Position numbers and translations under genes: made by a program. Below, in pieces: positions 36,266-49,592 of a stretch of 64,000 bases of DNA. The stretch spans positions 2,604,001 to 2,668,000 of the forward strand of contig JBLDXI010000029.1 of assembly GCA_047495785.1 (NCBI GenBank), written 5' to 3'. The notes beneath the pieces were generated by a model. That model was not told where the DNA came from, searched no databases, and was given only the letters and a program-made list of their open reading frames with translations. Within the stretch, counting starts at the first letter, position 1. Each line of letters starts with the position of its first letter. The DNA is from Lepidodermella squamata (lineage: Eukaryota; Animalia; Gastrotricha).

Positions 36266-38008
36266 ATTGGCGTTACCGGGCAGGCTTATGACTATGGACC
36301 AGTACGCTCGAACTTAAGCTTCACTGGGCTGTATAAGGATTGGATTCGCCGATACGACCATCAACTAGACCAAACCTCGGGTGACCAATGAACGAAAGCA
36401 GGTGTATGGCAAATGCAAATTCCGAGTTCAGTGGAACGCGCAATCACCAGGCCGTTGATCGCCGATTATATAACACCTCGGCTGATCGCTTACGTCGAGA
36501 ATTCGGACCCCAACACTCGACCGAAGAAGCTTCGAACGAAGGCACGAGCTGCAGACCATACGGATTTCACAGGATGAGCAGATTTGACGCCAATCCGAAA
36601 CCTATAGTAAAAATAAGTGAATACAAGCCTTGATGCGGAGAGGGTCTCACGAAAGAAGCTATTCATTTTGGCGGGCCGATGTGTACAGCGGGGCTGCAAT
36701 ACAAGTGCGATGTAAGAATGTAAGAGCTTGAAGATGAAGATCAGCCATTTGTTGTTAGCTATCGAATGTTTACACGAAACCGACATGTTTCTCAGACATC
36801 GCCGGATGACATCACGATCGCCGAAGTCGTCCAGTAATTGTGCCGGTTTCCCCTAACGAGAATCAGCAAGCCTTACGATGAGCTTTTTGCTAGTACGCTC
36901 CATCAGAGAAACGTCTTTTTTATCTGAAATGGTCATTTTGCAGGCACGAAGATCGCTCGATCCAAGCTCTATCACAGCCATGTCACGGCCGATGGCGCTG
37001 ACTTCATCACGATTGCAATAGCCGAGAGCTGGCTTGGAAGAAGGCGAAGACATCGACGTGCTGTTACCACGCGTCGGCTGATGTCAAGCAGCACATTTGC
37101 AAGTCTGAGAAGGGAATCAAGCAAAACGTAATTTCTCCGAAAACTGACTTTTTCTTACGACATTCTATCGTATTTATTCCGCACATAAGAAATGATATCT
37201 GGCTGCTTCAACTTGCTCGGGTCTCGTAGGAGTTCGAAAACCTTCTACAGCTTTTCGAAACATTAGAAAACGCAAGATTGGCAACTGCTAGCTTCTGATC
37301 TGACCCAATTTTTCGCTGGCAAGTGATCAGATCTACTAATTACTTCGTCATATCAACAGGTAAGCTGATCCAGCATTATGGAAAGCCCGCTCAAATACTC
37401 TCAGTATCAGTCTCTCGAAAAATTGTCTGAACATAAATTCGGCGTTGTTTATTGGAGGGTGGGCTGACGTGAATCTCTGCTCTCTGCCTCTGGCTGCTCA
37501 GACAAAGCGTCACGTGATAGAATAGCGAAGGTTGGCACGGCACTTCAGAGGGTATCAAGTAGTCGAGTGGTCACAGCGTCTCACTGGGTGCGAAGAGGCA
37601 CGGGTTCAATCCGCAGAACAGCACAACGTCAATCATGCGTCTACGCACAACGTCTGCTTTCTTCTGCGGTTCTGCGGGACCGTAAATCAAGCTGCCATGA
37701 AGAGTCACGCGGCCAACTGGAGCCAAGAATTCAATCCGCGAGTGTGCAAGCTGATTATAATTCCCGCCAATCAGTTCCTTCGAGACCGCTGCTCCCTTCC
37801 TCCCGGTGTAGGACGCCATTCACCGGCAATCAAGAGATGGCTACTCGGTGCGAAAGCCTGGGGACCATGGATCGATCAGCAATAATCGGCTCATGTATAG
37901 ATGACTCTTAGGCCTCATATATGTGATGAGATGTGATTAAGTGCTAAATGCCGAAAGGCGAATTGCGCAATAAAGTATGAGAGTATGACAGTATGTATAC
38001 ATGATACA
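36266..38008 (+). mobile_element. Highly decayed Gypsy-type LTR retrotransposon relic
   Basis: PBS-like TGGCGTTACCGGGCAGG, gag-like peptide YKDWIRRYDHQL, integrase-like LIQHYGKPAQILS (~37366), PPT-like GGAGGGTGGG (~37453), then an LTR-like stretch with AATAAA. Many stops and frameshifts. Confidence 0.45.
37555..37625 (+). other. tRNA-derived cassette homologous to 5853-5925
   Basis: CAAGTAGTCGAGTGGTC..CTCACTGG..GCGAAGAGGCACGGGTTCAATCCGCAGAAC. Confidence 0.6.
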
Positions 38009-39199
38009 ACTTAACTCGAGGGCGAGGTTCTCTTACTGGCATCTCATCTGTCGGAATGCAAGGTGGGTATCGAGCGAAAGAGCCCACATCGCCACCGGAA
38101 TTTCCGTCGTGGTCCCCGGCGGACTGGTGCTGCTGTTTCTTCCGCATCGAAGTCTGAAGAATCGACGGGGAGAAACCGACGAAAAAAGGTCGTTAGTCGA
38201 GGTTCTGGTGCTCGAGGTTCGCGAGGTAGTGATCAAAGTTCTACCGTTGGACATGGCCGAGGGTCTCATGACGTTCGTGGCTCTTTTCGCCGTGGCGCTG
38301 GTGGTGCAACTGGTCTTCATGTTGTTCGCTCGGTTGAAATCGCCGCTCAGCGATGCAACACTCGATTAAACGCAGCTTGATCCTATGACTGATTTTTCTT
38401 GAATAGAATTAATCGAAAAGTAAATTTCTTAATAAACAATAATGTCACTTTTCCTTAAAGGTTCCCTTAAATAAAACATACGTCGGATGTTTTCAGTCAC
38501 ATTTTTGCTCGCGTATAAAATAGACCATTGTTGGATGAACAAGTTTTCCGCCTGAATTTTTGTTGTTGATTACTTTAACTACATTTTTTGTATTGCTTTA
38601 TGAGATTAATGCTCAATGCTTAGTAAATTAAAAAGAATGAATAATTAAAACTGACAACAATTTTAAGATTTAGCATTAAGATAAATACAAAGGGCTTCAA
38701 GGTTGCAGAGAAAAACTCGGTAGCATTATGGTTAGCATCTAAGCTATTATTCACGTATTGACAACGTTAGTGCTGGAGCCTGTGTTTTTTCAACTATGTT
38801 TACCGATAAAAAGAATTTTAATATGTTTACTATATCAAGGTTAATCACAATAAAATATTCCGTACACGTTCAGCCGCTGAAACCAGCAACAACACGTCGT
38901 GCCCCTAATCTACTCCTCCAACTCCTACTCGACCCTGTTTCAGTTTGATTGGTTTTAGTTGCTAATTCAAAATCCAAATAAACAATGCCGGCGGCCTCAA
39001 GAAATCCTGGGGTAATGCGCCTTTAACCCTGGCACCTGGCAGGTGAACATCTGTAATACGCCAGCCAACACTGAGGTGCTAATTTTTTGCTCTCTGAGCG
39101 ATTAAAGAGTTTTTCTGAGCGTACTAATTGTATTTTAATTTATTATTATAACTTTGCTCAACTTGAACAAAAGTACCCGGGATACTTTTGAGCTGCTTA

Positions 39200-40200
39200 T
39201 CGCGATTCCAATCCCTGTCCCTGGTGAGCCACTATTAGGGTCTAGCCTTTCAGTCTAGCGGCATCTCGCCGTTCAGTGACCAGCGCCATCGCGGAGTCTC
39301 GCCACGTGCCTGTCTGCGAGCCCGGACGGCATCGAAAGCTTGCTATGGGCCTGGGATCTCAAGAGAATCGCATAATCGAGAGATTGCCCTCGGTAGACGC
39401 GTCGGCCCTGACCACTGCTTCCGTATTAGGGACTTAGATGAATGTTTTCGCCCGTGAACTTGGCTGAGACATCGCATGGTCGAAGCTCCTAACGCCGCAA
39501 TCGTGAAGCGTGGGAGCTACTCCTCATTGAGATTTGTCTGTGGAGCAATAAAGCTGTATCAAGATCCTGCTGCCGATGACGCCTCCAAGCATCACTCGGC
39601 CGAGATCGAGAGCGTTTGGTACTCACTGATCCTGATCTACAGCGTGCCCGTACGCTCCAAATGCGTGGCCTCGGTGACTTGGCCGGCGTATGGTGGCCGT
39701 TGCCAGTATCCGTGAGTATTGCCCCCACGTCTCGACCGTCCATGCAACCGCTGAGTCATCGTCATCAGTCACGACGTGCAGTGTCTGCCTGGAGTGCAGA
39801 CTATGCCTTCAAACTCCCCGCGTTACCATACGCTGCAACCTGGTAGGGTGGATAGCCGATTATCTGCGCGACCGCATGTTGCAAGCCCGTTTCGCGGGGT
39901 TTCATAGACGGTAGCATACCGACAGCCGTAGTGTCCCACATGGATGATGTATATCCTCGACAGCCCAGGCCGACTTGCTAAGCGAATAGCGCCAACGGCT
40001 ACGCCTACGCCGATGACCTCACCGTCGTTGGCTAGGGCGCGGACTTTCCCGCGGCTGAACGCTGCGCCCGGGTCGAGCTCGCCGGCATTTCGCAGTGAAT
40101 GGCCTCAAAGGTCTAACGAATCGAAAAGCGAAGCGGTATATTGCATATTGCACGCATCACATATTGCAACCACTCGACCATTCAACCCTCACGATCGCTA
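39200..40200 (+). pseudogene. Decayed non-LTR (LINE) reverse transcriptase
   Basis: Fragments NLVGWIADYLRDRMLQARF, SVPHG and YADDL (~40005), broken by frameshifts. Confidence 0.7.
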
Positions 40201-40860
40201 AACATTCGATCGCTAAATGTAATGAATTCATGCCTTAATTATTGCGCTGTTGTTGATACGTCATCGTTCTGTCTTTTTAAAGATCTGGTCGCAGGTTGGT
40301 CGGAAATATATGGACCTCTATCTAAAAACTAGCTCTGTGGTCAGATGTGGTCTGGAGGTGCTTGTAAACGATGTGATTCAGTATGGTCCTACGAGACAAA
40401 TAGCGAAATCGGGCAGCCTTATGCGACGAAAATTTATCTGTTATCACGGTTCCAAGTGCAAGAAGTGTAGCTAATCAGCAAGCAATCGGACTCTGATTTC
40501 ACGGGAGTTTTGGTGGCCAAGTCGGGAGGGAGCCTGAGTGTTGAATGTGAGGAGGATGGTTCAAATTCCACAGCTTTCAAAAAATGTTGACAGAATTATT
40601 CTCCTCAAATTTGAGCTTGTTTCAAACAAAAACGAACAAATTTGCAACAAAAACAGCCGATCAAGTCAGTCCAATTCCAATTCACCCCTTTTCAGCACCC
40701 ATGTCGTTAACAAGTTCAAACGCCGGCGGTCTCAGGGAGGTTCAAGCAAGGCTAATCAAGATTTTGTTTTTATTTACTTCGTCCATAATATTATCATAGT
40801 AAAAACTCATCAATTTATATCCGTTTGATAGCAGTAATTATGTTTGCCGAAGACGATATT

Positions 40861-42056
40861 CTATGTTACGACGCACTTATCAAATAAAACATTATAGGTA
40901 GTGGGATAGCCGCTGGTAATCTGCAAGGTAGTAATCGGCGATAAAAGCGAGCAGCACTCTATGAAACTTGAAGCCCCGTAAGTACCATCTCTGGTTTGCT
41001 GAATGCAAAGAAGGAAATTTGTCAATAAACACGGCAATAAAAAAGAAAAACTACCAAGGTGTTCGCAACCGCAACATAAGAGATTGCCAAAGCGGTATAT
41101 GGAAAGCGGATACAGCCAGCCGTTCTTGATCCATCACTTGATGAAGCTGTTATCTTGTAAGGCGCATCAGTGCCGGCCTTCTGAATACACATCGTAACAG
41201 GAGAAGAGGCGGGAACATTTTCATATATAACATCAGCGCCCATTTTCGCGGCATTACAGCAAGCCGCAAATGATGAAAACGTATTAGTCACGCCGATATA
41301 ATTCTGTTAAATTGCATTTAAATTGCAATTGAGATCGAAGTTAACTTGTCATTTCTTACCGTTCCAATAATTAAGACTGAAGAGCATGTCCCGCCATTCG
41401 ATGTGCAAAATGCGACGTTAGTTTTCGCGACCGTGCCGGGATCTCCTTGTGTCTGCCCTATTTTACACAGCCTGTAATAAGTCTAGATTCCATGACAATT
41501 CAAAGTTTGTCATTGCTGGAATAACGCAACTTACTGTACCACTCGAGCAAGTTTGACCACTAGGGCATTGAGTTGCTGTCTTCGAAATGCAATTGTTCGA
41601 AGACGTGTCGCAAACGTTGGCGGTCGGATTACAGGACTGACCGGTTGGACACCCGGTGTTGGGCACGCAGATGTTTGTTGACGCATCGCATACATTCGCT
41701 GATGCCACACAGGAAGACCCAGAGCTACACGGATTGCTTGTCGATAAACACGACTGGCCAGTAGGACAAGACGAAGAGCTGCAGGGACTGCTTGGTGCTG
41801 AACACGACTGGCCACTTGGGCACGGATTGCTTGTGGATTGACAGGACTGGCCAGAAGGGCAAGACGATGAGCCACACAAAGAAATGGTCAATGAACTGCT
41901 TGTTGATGAACAGGACTGGCCACTAGGGCACGTTCTGTTCGCCGATAGACAGGCCTGGCCAGTAGGGCAAGTCGAACTTAGGGTTGAAGTTGGCGCAGGG
42001 CAAGCTGCGGCAACGGCACAAACAGCCGCCAGAATGGCGAGAATAAACAATTCCAT
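40861..42056 (-). CDS. Secreted Cys-rich family gene B2 (~342 aa); exons 42056-41535, 41482-41360, 41303-41055, 40998-40870 (stop by read-through at 40861 or in a short last exon)
   Basis: Signal peptide, CPxGQSC repeats, ~50-56-nt phase-0 introns and the conserved domain. Confidence 0.88.
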
Positions 42057-43744
42057 GTAACGAGGAGCGAATCAAAGATTAATGACTTCTCAAAATTTTC
42101 TCAATGGCTGATCAAGATGCTCGAGGTTTGAGATTTCATCTGCTTATATGTACGCTCAAGTTTGAAATTTGGCACCAGGCACTTCAAAACAAAAAACATG
42201 GGCCACGCTAATTGCCCACCTACATTGCCCAGGTGCCACATACTTTGCCCACGTGCGGCATGTACGGGTAGCTTCATTGTTCGCACATTCGCCGTAAGGC
42301 AACAAGTTTTGTGTCCTAAACATCGTCAAAGCATTCAATTCGCGATGATGATGCTCAACGCCTACAATTTCATTGCTTTTTTATCTGCGTAATTTATATT
42401 TTTTTGTTCACATCAAAAGAACGAAAGCTTGAAGATAAGGTAAAAGTAATTACCAAAGGACGAAAGCGAAAAACTGGGTTAGCATTTGCTTCTTAACACA
42501 GTGCTATAACTTTTTCGTACACTATCACTGGGTAATTAATCAGCCGCAGTGTTTCATGCTTAAAGCACACACCCAAGTACATCTCAAAATTTAAAAGCGA
42601 AATCAAGTTGTACATAAACTCCTGTGGAAAATCTACATGGGCACACTATTGGTTAAAATCGAATAAAGGGAATTCCACACAGGCGTCACGCAAAAATTCA
42701 ATGAACGCGCTAAACAAACGGATTTGCACAAAATAAACGAAACCAATAAACAAAGCGGAATGATAACACCTGACGCGAAAACAGAAAATAGTCGCGTTGC
42801 ATATCGCTATTTTCCACGTTGAAAAAGCAGGGGCTCCTTAAAAATAAATACCAATGTAATTTAATACTATAATTGAAATACCAATCAGAAAACAATCATC
42901 CAAGTTAAATCCAAGTATCAAAAGGTAGCTCTTGATGTGAATAATCAACTTTCCTGAAAATGTCGTTCAATTAATTGTATCCTAATCAGTTTAATTGTTT
43001 TCATGGTTCATTTCCGAATGCGAAAACTTGCCCAATTCTCAATTCTTGCCCAGTTCTTTCATTTTAAATTTCTGAAAAAAATAATCACTTGTTCCTCTTC
43101 AAGAGATCATATGGCATTTCATTCTTTCTCGAGCGACCTTTAATTGCGGAGATGGTTGAAATTTCGAATTTTTTAATTTTGTGGCCTACAAGAATTTTTC
43201 AGTATCGTTATTGTTTACAGGCTATTCAAGGGCAAATAAATACGTTTTTCGTTCGTTTTCTGACACGCTAGTACATTTATGTGCGCCGATATGACTCATC
43301 GTGCGATTTTTTAGTCGCAAGACCGAAGATTTTACGAAAGAGTAATATTTATTGTTACTTGTGTGTTGCAAAAAGTAATACCGAGTTGCGGATTTCGCTA
43401 TTCACATCAGCCCGTGAAATTCTGTACTACCAGAAACAGTAATTCAATTTTGCATCGACGCTTCAAGATCGTCGCGAGATAACATTTCGAAGTTCTATGG
43501 TGCGTTTTTTTTAATTTTGCATCCGCTAAAACGCCAATCGTGTAGCAGGTCGCGCTTGGTCTCGTTCGATTCATAATAATTTTTTCACAGAAGTATATCA
43601 TCACATGTCTTGGGAATTCGTCTTTTTTTACTTTTGCTTTTCTTAATTTAAAATGACGATTACGCAAAAGCATCAAAGTTTATTTTATTTCATCTAAATT
43701 ATAAACTTTACAACAATCCATATATTGAGTAATTCTGCTGTTAT

Positions 43745-45012
43745 TCACTTCTGCAAGAAAGCGAGAATATTTTGCCGGTGGGAATTAGAATCCCCGAAGA
43801 CGAAGATTCAACTTACAACGCACTGATCAAGATTACTGATACCATAGCTATAACCTTGACTGTTAAATTGCCAGTTAGTCGACGGGAATAAAAGCATGCA
43901 GCATCCTAGGAAAGTTGAAGCCGCGTATGTACCATCTCTGGTTTGCTGAATGCAAAGAAGAACATTTGCCAATAAACACGGCAGAAAAATAAGGAAATTA
44001 CCAAGGTGCTCGTAACAGCGACGTTATTGTATGACGGAGCAGTATAAGGAAAACGGATACATCCTACCGTTCCTGTTGATCCATCGCTGGATGAAGCTGT
44101 TATCTTATAAGGCAAATCAGCGCCGTTGCTTTGAAAACAAGCCGTAACAGGTGGAATGTTGGGTTGATAGCTGGGAACTATTTCGTATATAAGATTACTG
44201 CCCATTTTCGCGGCATTACAGCAAGCCGTAAATGTTGTATAAGTAGTTGATGAGCCGAAAGCATCCTGACAATTTTACAGTTACAGTTACAGTTAAGTTA
44301 ACTTGTTAATTCTTACCACTGCGTTGTATGCTAGGACTGAGGTGCATGTCCCGGCGTTCGATGTGCAGAATAGGATTCCGCCTTTCGCTATCGTCAAATC
44401 GCCTTGTGTCTGCGTGATCGCGCATACCTTGTAGGCAGGCTGGATGGTATTTCAAAGTTTAGTCAAAAAAAAGCTATTGTCCTAACTTACTGAGCAAGAT
44501 TGCCCACTAGGGCATTGAGTTGCCGTGTTCGAAATACAGTTTTTCCAAGAAGTGTCGCAAATGTTGGCGGTCGCCGTGCACGACTGACCGGTTGGACACG
44601 AGGAATATCCAGTACTAGGTACACACATGCTAGTTGATGTATCGCATACATTCGCTGATGCTACACAAGAAGACCCAGTGCTACACGGATTGCTTGTCGA
44701 TAAACACGACTGTCCAGTAGGGCAAGTCGGAGAGCTGCAGGGACTGCTTGGCGCTAAACACGACTGGCCACTTGGGCACGGATTGCTTGTTGATAGACAG
44801 GATTGGCCAGTTGGGCAAGACGACGAGCTACACGGGCTGCTGGTCGATGTGGTGGTAGTCGATAAACACGACTGGCCAGTAGGGCACGGATTGCTCGTCG
44901 ATAGACAGGACAGCCCAGTTGGGCAAGCCGGGCTTATTGTTGAGGTCGACGCAGGGCAAGCTGCAGCAACGGCACAGGCAGCTGCCAGAATGGCAAGAAT
45001 GATCAATTCCAT
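43745..45012 (-). CDS. Secreted Cys-rich family gene B3 (~347 aa); exons 45012-44491, 44439-44317, 44265-44002, 43945-43817, 43750-43745
   Basis: Same structure as the other B genes; the last intron GTAAGT..CTTGCAG is followed by AAG TGA. Confidence 0.88.
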
Positions 45013-46335
45013 GTATAGTGAGGAGCGAAGCGGAGTTTTGCAATAATGACTCTTGAAAACTGTTATGATAGGTTCCAAAAGCTGGAAAGATCTTCAAGTT
45101 TTCTAAAGTTGAAGATTTCTCTTGCATATATGTACTCAGGTTCAATATTCGCACCAGGCCCATTAGTAAAAAAAAGATGGATCACGCAAATTGCCCAAGC
45201 GCGCCCACCTACATCGCCCAGGTGCCACATACTTTGCCCACGTGCGGCATGTACGGTTGGCTTCAATCTTTAAACCAACAACAAAATTGGGTCCTCAGCT
45301 TCGTGATGACGGTGATCAACCCCCACAATTTTCATTGCGCTTTTATCTGCGCTCTTTACGAAAAAACTGAGTTTTTAATTACCTCTCCGAAGAACAAAAG
45401 GTTTAAGATGAGGCAAAGATAAGTGACAGTGGTTTTTTGGACGCAGGGGTAAAATTGGGTTAATATTTTTTGTAAACCATGTGACTAAGATTGGCGTGCA
45501 CACTTTTCAATGTTTCATCAAGCACCCACAGTGGGCCATGCACCATGCACCAATCACACATCCAAGTACTGTTGAAACTGAAAATTGGAATAACTGAAGT
45601 AATTTTGTATTTAAAATCCTGTAAATCTGCTAGGACCTACTATTCGACGCGGCGATAGATAAAAAAATACTGAAGATATGACACTCTCGCGTGCTTCCTG
45701 TTATGCTTTTTGCAGTCAAATACACAGTATTGCAATTATTTCAAAAATTAATTAAAAATAAACATCAAACTCCAAAAATTACGGGAAAATTACAGCTTAA
45801 TACTTGATTTTTTTGACACCCGCTGATATAATTTGCGGGCAGCGATTCAACACCTAACCTAGGGCTATAATTTTGGGTTTCGTTACTATTTTGAGCCCTG
45901 TTGCCATGGCGACGCTTGGAAATCCTGCGTGCGGCTTGTGTTTTTTTCCTCAATTAAATTTTTTCCTCAATCTGATCAATCTTTCGCCCTGGAACTAAGG
46001 AAAATCTTGTGTTCTCTGATTATTTTGTTGCCACAATTTTTCTCTGACTTGAAATTAATTCAGTTTAGCGTCGTCTTCGCCAGCAATCAATATTGCTTAG
46101 TCTTTTACTCTGTGCTTGTAAATGTGCTTGTACCCGATTTATTGCTATTTAACTGAATTGCTGGATGCTGGGCATCGTTGGACGTCTGAGCTCTTGCCAA
46201 CAAAGAAAGAGAAAATGAAATCTGACCCGCTGAATCGAATGGCTTTTTCCGAATCGTCGTAGCCATCACAGTTACCGAGATAAGGAGTTCAGGATCCACT
46301 TAAATAGCAATAAATCGGGTACTGATTCCAAGAGA

Positions 46336-46400
46336 GCAAGTGGCTCAGTGGGGAGAGAGGCTGCGTGTGGAATGTGTGGTTCAAATCCCACAGCCTGTAC
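46336..46400 (+). other. tRNA-like Pol III cassette; related copy at ~40515-40575
   Basis: A-box TGGCTCAGTGG and B-box GGTTCAAATCC. Confidence 0.5.
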
Positions 46401-47641
46401 AGATTTTTTCAATTTTTTATGTATTTTACTCGCAAATCACAAGCATACCCGAACAACACCGAACAAAAATAAAAACCGAAGTTTCCGGCGTTGTTCGGCT
46501 GTTAAAAATGTGGAAGCTGAACAACTCCGTACAAATCGATTTCACCCCTTTGTTCGGCATTTCAGATGCCGGTCTGGGAAATGGTTATTTTTGTTTTAAA
46601 TTCAAAATAAAATCATGGCACAGTCAGAAAATGTTGAATTTGGTACTCTTGCGAAGATCGTGATTTGAGCTATCGATATTCATAAGAATTAGGTCTACAT
46701 CTATCATAATGACTTGCATATACGGTACGCTCGTGAAACGTTACTTGCTTTTGTCTTTTTAATGGGCGGATGCGTCAAAATGGTGCTTTCAATGTGTAAT
46801 AATTGCATTTTTTCATGCGATTTCTCGCATCAAAATTACTGATTTTTTTCCTGTCCAGCTGAAAAGTGGCTAGTGTCAAGTCCATACAGTATTAGTCCCA
46901 AGTGCAGTTCGAGGCAGAGCGAGGAGCTGAAGTGGCCGCTCCTGAGGTGGAACCACGATAACGCCACCGCCGAGGAACTGCAAAGCGTCATTTACCAACA
47001 AATGACGAGTCGAGAGTCGAGAGTTATACCAGTGAGACCGATGAGCCTGGTCGCCATGTGATGCAAGTGTTACCCATACAGATTCCAGTAGTCAGCGTCT
47101 CAAAACTTGTGCTAGCGCAAAAGACTGCCGGCAAATAGTGTACGAGCACCTCTCAAATTGTTGATTATTTTACTGCATTTGTTTAATTGTTGTATAATTA
47201 ATTGTTGCGAGGTATGAAACGGCCGGAATAGACGTCTCTGCCTCATTGTTTTGTTTTCACTCGCTCCTTCATACACTTCGAGCTCTCAACAATGGGATTT
47301 GTGCTTAGTAAAAAAAACCAAAATATTCAGAATTAGGATGACAAAAGTTTCAAGATTTCGCAATGATAATTACCAAGGATTTAATGGATGAAGGAGAAAA
47401 ACTGGGTTAGCATTTTCTCTAAGCACTGCGCTCTATATTAGTGTGTACACTTTCATCAGGTAATTAAGCACCTGCAGGTGTCATGCCCACATCCAAGTGC
47501 TTTCAATTCAACCAATTATTCCTCTGAAATCCTGTTAATCTGAAAAATCCTAAAATTCATTTGTTAGGTGGAATCATTTATATTTGAGTAATAATTAGAA
47601 ATGCAACGTCGCGACTGTCCTAACAAGCAGCGCCAAGCTGC

Positions 47642-49431
47642 TGTCACGGAAACGAGACGATCATGAAACATAAGACAGTCAAATGCTACCCTTGAGTGAC
47701 TTTATTGATGAAAACATTGACGATAGACTGAGCACTGATCACTGGCAATATCACAGCTTAAATAATGACAACTAATTAGATAGAACGCACTACAAACTAC
47801 AACATCAGAGCCTAATTATCCATGACGTGATTGTCCTTACAGCATAGATCAGCTTGACCATTATTTCCTCGATGCTCCGCGTCACCAATCGTTACACTAC
47901 ACCCTCCTTCCGCCGCAAGGTCGAAACGAAAATCGTGAAGCGCCATCCAGATCGAAAAATTTTTTGCGATGCGACCAGAAATCCACGGAACGCCACCGCC
48001 ATAGAAAACCTTGAACCTTGACCCTTGAGTCTCGAACCATAGGCTGAATTGTAACTTCAGTCAAGACGAAGACAACCACGCAGACGTCGAAGAAGCAGCG
48101 AGTAGATCGAGTAAATCGAAGCAAAGCCATTGGTAAAAATCAGAGCGAGTAACCAAGAATGGCATAAAATTGAACCGAAACCAGTGACCAATGCCCAGAG
48201 TGAAGATTGAAATTGAATCAGCCTAAAGTGAATGATTGAAATCGAAGAAATAGAAGGCCGTCGAGAATTTGAGAAATCGAATTTGGGAAATCCATAGCAA
48301 GAATCCGTAATATTCGAAGTAGTTTCCATTTAAAATTCCGTGCAATGAAATCTGAGATCTGAAGACACCAAAGACAACACAAGCGGTAAATTCGAAGTTC
48401 AAGCAGAAACCAGAACATTCAGAGATAGCCAGAGACAGCCAGAACCATGCACGAAACCGAGAAGTTGCAAAGCTTCAATCCACTGGACCTCGAAGATGTC
48501 GGAGCGCCAGGCGTAGCTAGGGCGAAACCATGAGCGTTAGGCCAGCGTCCAAACACAGCGACTACAATGAACATCAGCTTGACCAAACGAGAAGGCACCA
48601 GGCATCAAACCACAGGGCCTCGACGATGTCGTAGCAGCAAGCCAGGCGACAAAGTGACTACAGTGAAGATCAGCCAGACACCAAATCGGAAAGACCAGAA
48701 CCAGCACCAGATGATCGCGAGAACACAACGGGGCAAGGGCTTCGATTCACAGGACCTCGAAGATGTCGTAGTCCAAGCATAGCCAGGGCGGACCATGAGC
48801 AATCAGCTGGCATGCGACAGCAGCGACTACAGCGAACCATAACCATTCCCACTTCCATAGAGCAAAGAGCGAAGCCAGAACTTGTCGAAACGACGGCCAA
48901 GAAAACGAGACGTACTAGCCGGTACAAAACCTAGAGCATTCGACGTTGGTTCCCAAGGAAAAGACGAAACAACAGTCTGCGACGCTGAGCGACTTTGATC
49001 GGCATTGTGCAAAGCCAGGGGTCGTTGATTCGAAATCGGAAACGCGAAACGCGAGCCAGGGCTAGGCCTAGTATGCAAGGCTTCGGCATTGCCAGAAAAT
49101 CGAAAAAAACAAAGACATAGCTAAGCTCGAAGGGTAACAAATGACTGTTTGAGAAAAGTTTGGGCTCAGTCTATTGTGTCACGGAAACGAGACGATCATG
49201 AAACATAAGACAGTCAAATGCTACCCTTGAGTGACTTTATTGATGAAAACATTGACGATAGACTGAGCACTGATCACTGGCAATATCACAGCTTAAATAA
49301 TGACAACTAATTAGATAGAACGCACTACAAACTACAACATCAGAGCCTAATTATCCATGACGTGATTGTCCTTACAGCATAGATCAGCTTGACCATTATT
49401 TCCTCGATGCTCCGCGTCACCAATCGTTACA
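47642..49431 (-). mobile_element. 1790-bp non-coding (non-autonomous) LTR retrotransposon
   Basis: Two 255-bp LTRs identical by eye (47642-47896, 49177-49431) and 5-bp TSD GCTGC. Minus-strand PPT GGAAGGAGGGTGTAG and AATAAA. No gag or pol ORF; internal imperfect repeats. Confidence 0.93.
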
Positions 49432-49592
49432 GCTGCAGCCATTGTGCTGCGACTGACCACTCGCTTGCAACCTGTCGCGCCGAGCTAGAATACCGTGTCG
49501 CTGCGGTGGCGAGCAGTATCATTCTGGGTCGTGACGCATCTGTGTTCAAGAAAGCCCAGGCTGAGGGGGCGGCTCGTCGCCCGAGAAGTTAA
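49432..49592 (+). pseudogene. CCHC zinc-knuckle relic (LINE ORF1 or gag-like), split by the LTR insertion; continues from ~47600-47641
   Basis: CSHCAATDHSLATC matches CX2CX4HX4C. Confidence 0.55.

Noticed and set aside
44627-45046. Repetitive antisense ORFs (also 41656..41841, 51401..51796, 57074..57529) with DWPVGQ/LHGLLVD motifs
   Set aside because: They are shadow frames of the Cys-repeat exon 1 on the opposite strand.
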